Shown piece after piece: positions 1 to 10,088 of a stretch of 64,000 bases of DNA. Under the pieces are notes generated by a model, which was not told the DNA's origin, did not search any database, and saw only the letters and a program-made list of their open reading frames with translations. Every line of letters begins with the position of its first letter. The stretch's first letter is position 1. The position numbers and the translations under genes are program-made. Source of the stretch: Bacteroidia bacterium (GTDB lineage Bacteria; Bacteroidota; Bacteroidia; NS11-12g; UBA9320); NCBI GenBank assembly GCA_965216465.1, contig CBDCFW010000003.1, positions 96,001-160,000 on the forward strand, given 5' to 3'.

Positions 1-2
1 AA

Positions 3-1547
3 ATTGATTACAAATCGTATAGCATTAAAATCATAGATGAAGTTGCTCGGGTTGCTCCGATGAAGATTAAAACATATTTGCACAGTTGGACTGCTGTGCA
101 TCAGCGTGTTAAGGGGAGTGAGAATAGACTTACTCAGGAGGTTTATCGCATTTTTAAGGAAAAGGGAACTGCCACAAAGGCCTACGTGCTCATAAACGAC
201 ATCTATAACGGAAAGTTAACCGTTGATGAGGCACACGAAATTGCAAGATTAGACAATTCTTTATTTGACCACCTCATAGCTATGAGGGCAGGCGATGACG
301 ATATTAATGGAGAGCATTCTGTTAATGCAGAGTTAACCTATCAGTGTCTTAAACAAGTGCGAATAATAAATGATTTACATGAAGAGTCTGATGCAGTTCG
401 CTTTCAATCGTTAAATAGATTTAATGCCCATGAAATTTATACACTAATCGTTTATAGCGAACACGAAATTTATACCTCAACATTTTTAGGGATGTATAAG
501 CGTATGATGAACAAGATGGATGAGTCGAGTACCTATGAATTTCTTCATCATGCGAACTTTAATAAATTTCGAACCTTCATTAAGATGTGTGCGGGATACA
601 ACACCATGTCAGGATTTTTATCGAAGATGAGCGATTTTGAGGAGAAGCAATTATTCAAAAGACTGGTAGAAGGGATAGAACATGCAAACGACAACCTTGA
701 AAGCGCAGTTGCCATTGCAGATACCTATGGTAGTATTAAATCTGCTTCGTCGAAAAAGATGTTTGAGGAAGCTATATTAGCTTATTATCAGGAGATTAAG
801 TATACGGATCAGGAAGCGGAAAAGCTGTATAGCCTAATTTTGAGTGTTTTCGAAATTGGTGGAGAAACGGCTTCAAATCAAGCCATTAGAAACCAAACTG
901 GAAATCTAAAAGTGCTTCCGCTCAACCGGGTGTATAAGGATGGAAAAAATGTTCAGCAACATTTCTTCTTCGATGATCCTGATGGTCGAGCTTCATACAA
1001 TCATTTTATTGGAACATTCAGGAACGGTAACTGGCAAATTGTAGACAAAGGAACGTATATCTTGGTGAAATCAAGAAGTGGCAAAGCGGTTGAAATTTAC
1101 GCCAATAAGCCAGCTACAGAGTATGCCGGACAGGATGCAATAAAGGCTCATTTTCAAACGACCAAACGCTGGCCGGATGTTGTGGTTCATAGAGGACATT
1201 CTTACTTTGCAGATGCTGCTATTGAGTCATTAACACCCAATGCCGAAATCGTGTTTTTAGGCTCTTGTGGAGGATACAACAACATATCGCAAGTGTTGAA
1301 ATATTCACCTGAAGCACAGATCATCTCTTCTAAACAAATTGGAACCATGATGGTTAATGACCGTTTATGTCTTGAGTTAAACGAGGTTATTCGCAAAGGC
1401 CAAGATATAGTTTGGGATAATCTGTGGGTGCAATTGGATAGAAAATTCGCCTCTGGTTCAACCGCGAAGAGTCGATTTAAAGACTATATCCCTCCTCATA
1501 AAAACTTGGGAGCGGTTCTAATCAAAACTTACCGCAGCTTGTTATAA
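3..1547 (+). CDS. Conserved hypothetical protein, 5'-truncated by the window; C-terminal domain has possible clan-CD His/Cys motifs
   Basis: Frame is open from position 3 through ATG 60; C-terminal VVVHRGHSY and VFLGSCGG. Confidence 0.7.
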   Translation: MDYKSYSIKIIDEVARVAPMKIKTYLHSWTAVHQRVKGSENRLTQEVYRIFKEKGTATKAYVLINDIYNGKLTVDEAHEIARLDNSLFDHLIAMRAGDDDINGEHSVNAELTYQCLKQVRIINDLHEESDAVRFQSLNRFNAHEIYTLIVYSEHEIYTSTFLGMYKRMMNKMDESSTYEFLHHANFNKFRTFIKMCAGYNTMSGFLSKMSDFEEKQLFKRLVEGIEHANDNLESAVAIADTYGSIKSASSKKMFEEAILAYYQEIKYTDQEAEKLYSLILSVFEIGGETASNQAIRNQTGNLKVLPLNRVYKDGKNVQQHFFFDDPDGRASYNHFIGTFRNGNWQIVDKGTYILVKSRSGKAVEIYANKPATEYAGQDAIKAHFQTTKRWPDVVVHRGHSYFADAAIESLTPNAEIVFLGSCGGYNNISQVLKYSPEAQIISSKQIGTMMVNDRLCLELNEVIRKGQDIVWDNLWVQLDRKFASGSTAKSRFKDYIPPHKNLGAVLIKTYRSLL

Positions 1548-1648
1548 TTAGCATGTATTGTCTTAATTCCTTGCTTTTTTAGGTGGATTGAGCCAAGTTA
1601 TCCTCAAATTTTTTTAGCTAAATACTCTGGCTTAAATTCGTTGTAGTA

Positions 1649-3538
1649 ATGCTCGAAAGCCTGTTAAAAAAGCATTGGGGGTTTGATCAGTTTCGCAGTC
1701 AACAACGCGAGATAATACTCTCCGTAATGCAGGGTAAAGACACTATTGCTCTTCTTCCAACAGGAGGAGGGAAGTCAATATGCTATCAACTTCCAGCGTT
1801 AACCAAAGAAGGGGTGTGCTTCGTATTTTCACCTTTAATCGCCTTGATGAAAGATCAGGTAGACGGGCTACGTAAAAGAGGAATTCCTGCTGTAGCCCTT
1901 CATTCGGGTCTGTCGAGCAGTGAAATTGATACCGAGTTACAAAACACACTTAACGGTAAGTACAAGCTAGTTTATCTTAGTCCAGAACGAGCATCAACAC
2001 AGCAGTTTAGAGCCTATTTGCCAAATCTCGACATTAGCTACTTTGTGGTAGATGAAGCCCATTGTGTTTCACAGTGGGGCCATCAGTTTCGTCCTGAATT
2101 TTTAAAACTCGGCGAGTTACGTGAGCTGGTACCACATGCTAATTTTATTGCCGTAACGGCAACTGCAACTTCTCATGTGGTAAAAGACATGGTTAAGTAC
2201 TTAAAGTTAAAGCCAGACCATGATTTGTTCAGATCATCATTTGCTCGATCAAATCTCAGTTATATTGTGTTTCGAGAAACCAATAAGCTAACCAAGATTA
2301 AACGCATTTTAAGCAAAACGCAAGGCAGCGGATTGATCTATGCCAACACGCGAAGGAAGTGTGAAGAATTGGCTAATTATCTTGCTGCAGATGGAGTTTC
2401 TGTTTCCTTTTACCATGGAGGTTTGAACCCTGTATCTCGAGCAGAACGTCAGCAAGCTTGGCTCGAAAATAAAACCAGAATAATGGTTTGCACCAACGCC
2501 TTCGGAATGGGAATAGATAAACCGGATGTTCGGGTTGTAATACATTTCGAAAAGCCTGAAAGTCCTGAAGCATATTACCAAGAGGCAGGTAGAGCCGGGA
2601 GAGATGGGTTAGAGTCTTTTTGTATGTTGTTCTCAAGTCCTGAGCAAGAAAAAAATCTATGGTCAAACTATCCTACAATCCAGCAATTAGAGCACGTGCT
2701 AAATTGCTTGTATAACCATCACCAAGTTGCATTTACGGCAGGAAAGAATGTTACCTATGACTTTAATCTGCTACCTTTTACGGAGAACTTTAATATACCG
2801 GTAAAATTAGCCATGAATGCCCTAAATGTGTTGCATACGATGGGCTTTGTGAAGCTTAATGATCATCTATTTCAGCTTCCTAAGATTAAATTTTTATTGA
2901 ATCAAGAATCACTATACAAGTACCAAGTTGAGCATGCTGAGCAAGACGTCTTCATTAAGTTACTTTTAAGGTCTTATGGTGGTATGTTTGATCATTACCG
3001 AAGCATTAGCTATGCAGACCTGGCGAGCAGACAACGATGCACTATTGAAGATATAAAAAAGCAATTACGCATCTTGCATAAAGATGGGGTGATTGACTTT
3101 GTTGCGGGGCATGATGGCAATTCGATAACTTATCTGCGTGGAAGACCGACCAAAATTACTTTCGATAAAAACAATTACCTCGAACTGAGAGAGCGAGAAG
3201 AAATAAGAAGAAAGTATATCCGAAGATATGAAGAGAACATGGAAAATTGCAGAGAAAACTTCATTCTTAAATATTTTGGAGAAGATAAAGGTGAAGATTG
3301 TGGGAAATGTGATATTTGCCGTCTTCGAAAGAAAGCCAAACTCAAGAATAATGAGTTAAACGAGATAACTGCAAAGATCCAAGAGCTAACCGTAAATGGA
3401 CTTTCTGTTGAAGAAATTATTGGCAGTTTTAGCTCATTGGATGAGAAAAGAGTGGTAGCCGTATTGAAATGGCTCATAGATAACGAATACCTAACCAAAA
3501 CAAATCAAAACTATACTTGGAGTCTAAACCAAGCATAA
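1649..3538 (+). CDS. recQ: ATP-dependent DNA helicase, RecQ family (Bacteroidota RecQ2-like)
   Basis: PTGGGKS, SPLIALMKDQV, DEAHCVSQWGHQFRP, YYQEAGRAGRDG, Zn-binding C..CGKCDIC. Confidence 0.93.
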   Translation: MLESLLKKHWGFDQFRSQQREIILSVMQGKDTIALLPTGGGKSICYQLPALTKEGVCFVFSPLIALMKDQVDGLRKRGIPAVALHSGLSSSEIDTELQNTLNGKYKLVYLSPERASTQQFRAYLPNLDISYFVVDEAHCVSQWGHQFRPEFLKLGELRELVPHANFIAVTATATSHVVKDMVKYLKLKPDHDLFRSSFARSNLSYIVFRETNKLTKIKRILSKTQGSGLIYANTRRKCEELANYLAADGVSVSFYHGGLNPVSRAERQQAWLENKTRIMVCTNAFGMGIDKPDVRVVIHFEKPESPEAYYQEAGRAGRDGLESFCMLFSSPEQEKNLWSNYPTIQQLEHVLNCLYNHHQVAFTAGKNVTYDFNLLPFTENFNIPVKLAMNALNVLHTMGFVKLNDHLFQLPKIKFLLNQESLYKYQVEHAEQDVFIKLLLRSYGGMFDHYRSISYADLASRQRCTIEDIKKQLRILHKDGVIDFVAGHDGNSITYLRGRPTKITFDKNNYLELREREEIRRKYIRRYEENMENCRENFILKYFGEDKGEDCGKCDICRLRKKAKLKNNELNEITAKIQELTVNGLSVEEIIGSFSSLDEKRVVAVLKWLIDNEYLTKTNQNYTWSLNQA

Positions 3539-4602
3539 TAGCAACAGTAATAAACGATGTAGTGTACGATCAGCGAATGATTCGTATTTGTACCTCGTTG
3601 TCTAAAAAGTATAATGTATCGCTGTGGGGAAGAAGGAAGTCTAGCGTAAGTACAAGTGACCGACCCTATAAACAAAAGCGAACAAAATTTTTGTTTAACA
3701 AAGGCCCAGTTTTTTATCTGGAGTTTAACTTACGACTGTTTTTAAGGCTGCTGTTTACCTCATTTGATATAGTACATGCAGTTGATTTAGATACTTTACC
3801 AGCATGCTATCTGGCTAGCAAAATCAAAAGAAAACAATTGGTGTACGACGCCCACGAGTACTTTACAGAAGTTCCTGAATTAATTAATCGGCCTAAAGTT
3901 CAGAATATCTGGCTGAGAATCGAACAATGGATTCTTCCGAACGTAAAGAACGCAATTACCGTAGGAGAGATGATCGCGAAAGAGTATGAAGCTAAGTATG
4001 GCGTTCCTTTTACTGTAATTCGAAATTGCCCGAACCTCAAGGATCAAGCCCTTGAAGAGGGAATAGGAGAGTACTTGCTATATCAAGGAGCGTTGAACAT
4101 GGGTCGAGGTCTTGATGAAGCAATTCTGGCCATGCATCAGATTGATATGGAATTGCACATTGCCGGCAGTGGAGATTTGGATGGGACTTTGAGAGAATTT
4201 GTTATGATTGAAGGACTTGATGATAAAGTCAAGTTTTTAGGGCTTGTAGCTCCAGACGATCTACCTCAGATTACGCAAAAGGCATTTGCAGGCATAAATG
4301 TTTCAGAAAATTTAGGCTTAAGTTATTACTACTCGTTGAACAACAAGTACTTTGACTACATTCATGCAGGCATTCCTGCAGTCACGAATGACTTCCCAGA
4401 GTATCAAAATTTGAATTCAAAATACAAATGCAGTGTACTGTGTGAGGCAACTCCTGACAGTATTGCTCAGGCAGTTAAATTACTTATAGATGATAAAGAG
4501 CTTTATCAAGAATTGAAAAAAAACAGCTTAATTGCACGGCAAGAATTGAATTGGCAAAACGAAGAAACGGTACTATTAAGATTTTATGGCTCCCTTACCT
4601 AA
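3517..4602 (+). CDS. Glycosyltransferase, GT4-like
   Basis: VYDAHEYF, YQGALNMGRGL, NKYFDYIHAGIPAV (GT-B motifs). Confidence 0.85.
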   Translation: MESKPSIIATVINDVVYDQRMIRICTSLSKKYNVSLWGRRKSSVSTSDRPYKQKRTKFLFNKGPVFYLEFNLRLFLRLLFTSFDIVHAVDLDTLPACYLASKIKRKQLVYDAHEYFTEVPELINRPKVQNIWLRIEQWILPNVKNAITVGEMIAKEYEAKYGVPFTVIRNCPNLKDQALEEGIGEYLLYQGALNMGRGLDEAILAMHQIDMELHIAGSGDLDGTLREFVMIEGLDDKVKFLGLVAPDDLPQITQKAFAGINVSENLGLSYYYSLNNKYFDYIHAGIPAVTNDFPEYQNLNSKYKCSVLCEATPDSIAQAVKLLIDDKELYQELKKNSLIARQELNWQNEETVLLRFYGSLT

Positions 4603-5806
4603 ACGTTTACACATTGTAGCATTTGACGTCCCATATCCAGCTGATTATGGAGGAGTCATTGATATATTTTATAAGGTGAAAGCCCTCCATCAGCAAGGAG
4701 TAGAGGTTGTGCTTCACATGTATCAATACGGGCGAAAGCAAAACAAGTCGAAATTAAAAAAGTACTGTCACAAACTGTACTATTATCAGCGAAGAACTTT
4801 TAGGAATCCATTTATAGGGAATAGGCCTTACATAGTGCGTACAAGAAATGGAGAAGCCTTACTCAACAATCTACTAAAGGATACCTTTCCCATACTTTTT
4901 GAAGGACTGCATTGTACTTTTCACTTAGATAATCCACTTTTAAAGGATAGGTTCAAAGTAGTCAGAACTCACAATATTGAACACCATTACTATAAGCAAC
5001 TCGAGAAATCAGAGTTAAGATATTTTAAGAAGTATTTCTTCAGAATAGAAGCTGAAAAACTGAGAAAGTACGAATCAATTCTAAAACATGCAGACCTCAT
5101 TGCGGCCATATCACCTAATGACGAGCAACATTTCAAGAAGAAGTACGACAAAGTGATGTATTTGCCAGCCTTTCACAGCAATGAGGAAGCCCAAAACCCA
5201 GGGTCTAATGGCAAGTATTTATTGTATCACGGAAACTTGGCCGTACCAGAAAATTATATCGCCGCAATGGAATTGGTAACAGAAGTGTTCGCGAAGTTGG
5301 ATTATCCGTGTGTAATTGCTGGAAATAATCCACCCAAGGAACTAGTAAATATTTGTGGTTCAGTAGTTAATGTAGAGCTTCGAGATCATGTGTCAACTGA
5401 ACAAATTCATGACTTAATTAAAAATGCTCACATCAATGTATTGTACACCAATCAAAATACAGGTATTAAACTAAAATTGCTGAACGCACTGTATCAAGGA
5501 AAGTTCGCAATTGTGAACCCATTGATGGTTGAAGGTACAGGGCTAGAAAAACTGTGTGTAATCGGTAAGAAGTTCAATGAAATTCAAGCTAAAATAGAAG
5601 AATACATGTTGCTCGATTACACAGAACAATACTTTGAAAATCGATCTGCCGTTTTAAGTTCAAAGTTTAGCAATACTGCAAGTGCTGAGGCTATTGTTGA
5701 CCAAATTCAATTCACTGGAGAAGAAAGACCTAAACGAAAGAGTGACAAGCAAGTCGTAAAAAGTTTGTCTCAAATTTCAGTATTTATGTCTTACTTATCG
5801 CTTTAG
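4586..5806 (+). CDS. Glycosyltransferase, GT4-like
   Basis: PYPADYGG, HNIEH, TGIKLKLLNAL; overlaps upstream GT. Confidence 0.82.
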   Translation: MAPLPKRLHIVAFDVPYPADYGGVIDIFYKVKALHQQGVEVVLHMYQYGRKQNKSKLKKYCHKLYYYQRRTFRNPFIGNRPYIVRTRNGEALLNNLLKDTFPILFEGLHCTFHLDNPLLKDRFKVVRTHNIEHHYYKQLEKSELRYFKKYFFRIEAEKLRKYESILKHADLIAAISPNDEQHFKKKYDKVMYLPAFHSNEEAQNPGSNGKYLLYHGNLAVPENYIAAMELVTEVFAKLDYPCVIAGNNPPKELVNICGSVVNVELRDHVSTEQIHDLIKNAHINVLYTNQNTGIKLKLLNALYQGKFAIVNPLMVEGTGLEKLCVIGKKFNEIQAKIEEYMLLDYTEQYFENRSAVLSSKFSNTASAEAIVDQIQFTGEERPKRKSDKQVVKSLSQISVFMSYLSL

Positions 5807-5831
5807 GCTTTCGGTATTTAGTTAATCCTTC

Positions 5832-5839
5832 TACATTTG
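5832..5839 (+). promoter_or_regulatory. Bacteroidota -7 promoter element for yidC
   Basis: TACATTTG matches TAnnTTTG, 16 nt before ATG. Confidence 0.6.
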
Positions 5840-5855
5840 CACCCATTTTAATTTT

Positions 5856-7673
5856 ATGGATAGGACTACCACCATTGGTTACGTTTTAATCTTCTTTTTA
5901 TTCATAGGCTTTTTCTTTATGAGCCAAGAGAATAAAGAAGATATAGAAGCTCAAGCAAATCAAGCAGATACAACTGAAATTCAGGCACCTAGCGTTGCTG
6001 ATGTTGAAGACACAACGGTTAATTCAACTCAAGATTCTAATTCGGTAATTGCCTTAGAAGAAATTGAGGAGACGATTACCACAATTGGTAATGATTTAAT
6101 GGTGATTGACTTGACCAATAAAGGGGGAATTCCTTCTAAATTGGAGTTGACCGAATACCACCGATATGACTCATCTGACTTGATCTTGTTTGAAGATGGT
6201 CAAAATAGCTTTGACTACATAATTCCTCTAGTCAATGGAACAACTATTAATTCTACAGGACTAAACTTTGAAGCTACTGAGGTAGCGGAGAACGCTGTTA
6301 CATACATCGCGAATTTGCCTAATGGTGCGAAGTTTATTCAAAAATACGAGCTGGAAGATGGATCTTATATGGTCAACTACGATGTTCGATTTGAGAACAT
6401 TGACAAAATAATTGCTCCAAACAATCGCTATGCAACAGTTGAATGGAAAGGGGAGATACAGCCCCAAGAAAAGACTGTAAAAGATGAGCGAACTGCAACT
6501 ACGATTTATTATAAGTATGTTGCTGACGATGACGTAGATAACCTAAGTGAGGGTAAAGACGACGATGAGAAGCTTCAAGGAAACGTAAAGTGGATCTCGT
6601 TTAAACAGAAATTCTTTAATCAAACATTGATTCACGATGATGAGTTTGAAGAAGATGGAATCGTAATCGAAACTAAAGAAGATGAGAATGCGGATTACGT
6701 TAAAGATCTTTCTGCTAGCCTTTATTTAACACTTGACCAACCAATTGTTGAGCACCGAATGGCTTGGTACTATGGTCCAAACCATTACCAGACCTTAAAG
6801 AAACATGATGTTGAACTTCAACAAATGATTCCGCTAGGTTGGGGAATCTTCGGATGGGTTAACAAAATTGTTGTTATTCCAGTTTTTAACTGGTTAGAGC
6901 AATATTTTGATAGCTATGGGGTGATCATCCTACTGCTAACATTGATTATTAAGCTATCGCTGTTCTTCCCAATGTATAAAGTGTACAAGTCTACAGCGAA
7001 GATGAGATTGCTGAAACCTGAGCTCGACGAAATTAAGGAGAGAACAGGTGGTGACATGCAAAAGATGCAGCAAGAACAGATGAAGCTGTACAAGCAGGCA
7101 GGGGTTAGCCCTTTAGGAGGATGTTTACCGCAACTGGTTCAATTGCCAATTCTTTTTGCCATGTTCCGATTCTTCCCTTCATCTATTGAGTTAAGACAAG
7201 AAAAGCTATGGTGGGCAGATGACCTTTCTAGTTATGATAGCATTTTTGATTTTCCAAACGGATTTGAGATTCCGTTTTATGGTGACCACATCAGTTTATT
7301 TACCTTGATGATGACGGCTACGACCTTGTTCTATACGGTGATGAACAGTCAGACCAGTGGACAAATGGCTGGGCCAATGAAGACGGTGATGTACATCATG
7401 CCTATCATGTTCTTAGGTTTCTTTAATAACTATGCCGCGGCGTTGAGTTTTTATTACTTCCTTTCTACCTGTATAACCATCATTCAGAACTTCGTAATTA
7501 GAAAGTTTGTTATTGACGAAGATAAATTGCACAAGCAAATTCAAGATAGCAAGAAGAAGAAAGTAAAAATGAAGAAATCAGGTTTACAGAAAAGGTTAGA
7601 GGATATGGCTAAAAAGAGAGGCATCGATCCGTACACCGGTAAACCAAAAGGAAATCAGCCTAAGAAACGTTAG
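5856..7673 (+). CDS. yidC: Membrane protein insertase YidC
   Basis: N-terminal TM, periplasmic domain, YYGPN, LGWG, GVSPLGGCLP, WWADDLS. Confidence 0.96.
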   Translation: MDRTTTIGYVLIFFLFIGFFFMSQENKEDIEAQANQADTTEIQAPSVADVEDTTVNSTQDSNSVIALEEIEETITTIGNDLMVIDLTNKGGIPSKLELTEYHRYDSSDLILFEDGQNSFDYIIPLVNGTTINSTGLNFEATEVAENAVTYIANLPNGAKFIQKYELEDGSYMVNYDVRFENIDKIIAPNNRYATVEWKGEIQPQEKTVKDERTATTIYYKYVADDDVDNLSEGKDDDEKLQGNVKWISFKQKFFNQTLIHDDEFEEDGIVIETKEDENADYVKDLSASLYLTLDQPIVEHRMAWYYGPNHYQTLKKHDVELQQMIPLGWGIFGWVNKIVVIPVFNWLEQYFDSYGVIILLLTLIIKLSLFFPMYKVYKSTAKMRLLKPELDEIKERTGGDMQKMQQEQMKLYKQAGVSPLGGCLPQLVQLPILFAMFRFFPSSIELRQEKLWWADDLSSYDSIFDFPNGFEIPFYGDHISLFTLMMTATTLFYTVMNSQTSGQMAGPMKTVMYIMPIMFLGFFNNYAAALSFYYFLSTCITIIQNFVIRKFVIDEDKLHKQIQDSKKKKVKMKKSGLQKRLEDMAKKRGIDPYTGKPKGNQPKKR

Positions 7674-7881
7674 GTTGCTGAAAATTAAGCCAATACGTAG
7701 GTAACAGGAATCACTTGCGTATTGTAATCAGATTGTTATTTTCGTAGCGTATCTGCCACTTGAAGGCACTTAGGTTAGAAGTATGATTGGGTTTTCTAAA
7801 GTAAAAATTCATAAAAAGAATTGTAATGTTTCCGATTTTGGGAAAAATATTCTATTTTTGAAGTCTACTTACAATCTACTT

Positions 7882-8757
7882 ATGAAAAAATCACTACTAC
7901 TATTAACGATTTTTACGATTTCATTTGCTGCTCACGCTCAAACAGCGGGAGACTTTTACAAGCGTGCGGTTACTAAATACAAAGCAGGCGATTATGCAGG
8001 TGCTGCTGTTGAGTATACACGAGCAATTGAGATAAAAAAGAATTCTGCCGTTCTTCACAACAACAGAGGAGTTTGCTACTATCGAATTGAAAGATATTCA
8101 GAGGCTTTAGATGACTACAATTTGGCTATTGAGTTTGATGAATCTATGGCAGATGCCTATTACAACAAAGCAAACGTATTGCGTGATCTCATGCGAAACG
8201 AAGAAGCGTTGGTGGCTTACGACAAAGCCATTGAGCTTAAAGCAACGGATAAAAAATACTACCAAAATAGAGGAATGCTTCGTTCGACCATAGATGATGA
8301 TCTAGGGGCAATCGAAGATTTCTCCAAGGTTCTTGAACTTCGCCCCGGTGATGCTAAGGCTTATTACAACAGGGGTACTTCATACGTAAAGCTAGAAGAG
8401 TACAAGAACGCTAAGCTCGACTTTGACAAGGCTTTAAGTCTAAACCCAAACTACTACAAAGCATTGATCAACCGAGGAATTTGCAACGTTCAATTAGACG
8501 AAACTGGCGAAGCAAAAGCCGATTTCAACTTGGCTATTCAATTAAGTCCAAGCGATGGAGAAGGTTACTACTACCGAGCTTTGGCTACCATTAATGATCT
8601 AAACACCATTAAAAAGGAGTTCAAGGACAAGAAAAACCTCAATCTTATTCAAGAAAATGTTTATGCGATGAAATCAGCTTGTTCTGATTTTGAAAAGGCA
8701 AAGAGCTTTGAGTATTCGCGCTCTTACGACGCAATCAAAGAATATTGCAAAGACTAG
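7882..8757 (+). CDS. Secreted TPR-repeat protein
   Basis: Signal peptide MKKSLLLL..AHA from ATG 7882; repeated AYYNRG-type TPRs. Confidence 0.85.
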   Translation: MKKSLLLLTIFTISFAAHAQTAGDFYKRAVTKYKAGDYAGAAVEYTRAIEIKKNSAVLHNNRGVCYYRIERYSEALDDYNLAIEFDESMADAYYNKANVLRDLMRNEEALVAYDKAIELKATDKKYYQNRGMLRSTIDDDLGAIEDFSKVLELRPGDAKAYYNRGTSYVKLEEYKNAKLDFDKALSLNPNYYKALINRGICNVQLDETGEAKADFNLAIQLSPSDGEGYYYRALATINDLNTIKKEFKDKKNLNLIQENVYAMKSACSDFEKAKSFEYSRSYDAIKEYCKD

Positions 8758-8762
8758 TTCAG

Positions 8763-9992
8763 TTACAATCCAGCTAACAAGAACTCAATTTCTCTGTTTG
8801 GAATACTAAACCGTTCTGATAACACGTCATTGGTTAATTTTCCTTTGTAGATATAGGTACCTTGTCTTAATCCTTGGTGGTTTCTTAAGCACTCATCAAG
8901 ACCTCCATCATCTGCAATCTGTTGCAGAAGGGGAGTAAAGATGTTACTCAAGGCATAGCTTGAAGTTCTAGAGAATCGAGATGGGATGTTTGGTACACAA
9001 TAATGAAGTACACCATATTTCTCGTATACAGGCATTTTGTGATTTGTTGCTTCAGATGTCTCAAAACAACCTCCTTGGTCAATGCTGATATCAACAATAA
9101 TTGATTTTTCACGCATATTTTCGACCATACTCTCGCTTACTACACATGGACTAAGTCCAATGGGACTTCTTAAGGCTCCGATTGCGACATCACAATCAGC
9201 AAGTGAGCTTTCTAAGATCTTGGGTATCAGTGTGGAAGAGTGAATTTGATTTCCGATATTATGCTCTAGTCTTCTTAATTTTTCGATTGAATTATCAAAA
9301 ACCTTAACCGACGCGCCAAGACCAATAGCAGCACGAGTAGCATATTCACCAACCGCACCCGCCCCAATAATCACAATTTGAGTAGGTTGAATGCCTGGTA
9401 TGCCACCAAATAGCTCACCTTTTCCTGAATTGTAATTACTTAAGTATTCAGCAGCAATTAATATTGACGCTCTCCCAGCAATTTCGCTCATCGATCTGAT
9501 AATGGGCAATAAGCCTTCGTCGTTACGCAAAAATTCGTACCCGACAGCAGAAATGTTCTTAGACATCAGCTTTTTTATCGTTTCTGGCTTCGTTCTAACA
9601 AGCTGAATGGCGCTGATAAGCAGTTGGTTAGGTTTCATAAAGTCAATCTCCTCATCGGTAGGGGGAGCGACTTTAAGCACAATATCTGCATCGTATACAT
9701 CTTTCTTGTCGTACGTAATTTGTCCACCAACTTTACTGTAATCGTGGTCTGAAAAGTTAGCTTTATCGCCACATGTCGACTCAATTTTAATGGTGTGACC
9801 ATTTTGCGTAAGCAGCTGCACAGCCATTGGAGACAGGGGTACTCGGTGTTCTTGAAACGTAGTTTCTTTCGGTATTCCGATTGTTAGTGTATTATTGCTC
9901 TTTTTTATGGCCAGAAGTTTCTCCTGTGGAAGTAAGCTGGCCTGTTTAGCCAATTCTTCAAAAGATGGATTGGAAACGTTACTCATATGCAA
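8763..9992 (-). CDS. Alanine dehydrogenase/PNT-family protein (long Bacteroidota type)
   Basis: IGIPKE, EHRV, MSEIAGR, IIGAGAVG, VDISIDQGGCFETS, HYCVPNIP; catalytic Lys/His positions appear changed. Confidence 0.85.
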   Translation of the reverse strand: MHMSNVSNPSFEELAKQASLLPQEKLLAIKKSNNTLTIGIPKETTFQEHRVPLSPMAVQLLTQNGHTIKIESTCGDKANFSDHDYSKVGGQITYDKKDVYDADIVLKVAPPTDEEIDFMKPNQLLISAIQLVRTKPETIKKLMSKNISAVGYEFLRNDEGLLPIIRSMSEIAGRASILIAAEYLSNYNSGKGELFGGIPGIQPTQIVIIGAGAVGEYATRAAIGLGASVKVFDNSIEKLRRLEHNIGNQIHSSTLIPKILESSLADCDVAIGALRSPIGLSPCVVSESMVENMREKSIIVDISIDQGGCFETSEATNHKMPVYEKYGVLHYCVPNIPSRFSRTSSYALSNIFTPLLQQIADDGGLDECLRNHQGLRQGTYIYKGKLTNDVLSERFSIPNREIEFLLAGL

Positions 9993-10088
9993 TATTTATA
10001 TGCAATATACAGTTATTTTATACAAAAATGAACACATTAACGTTATGTTAGTAAAGCATTTACTATTGCTAAATTAAGTTAACTTTAT

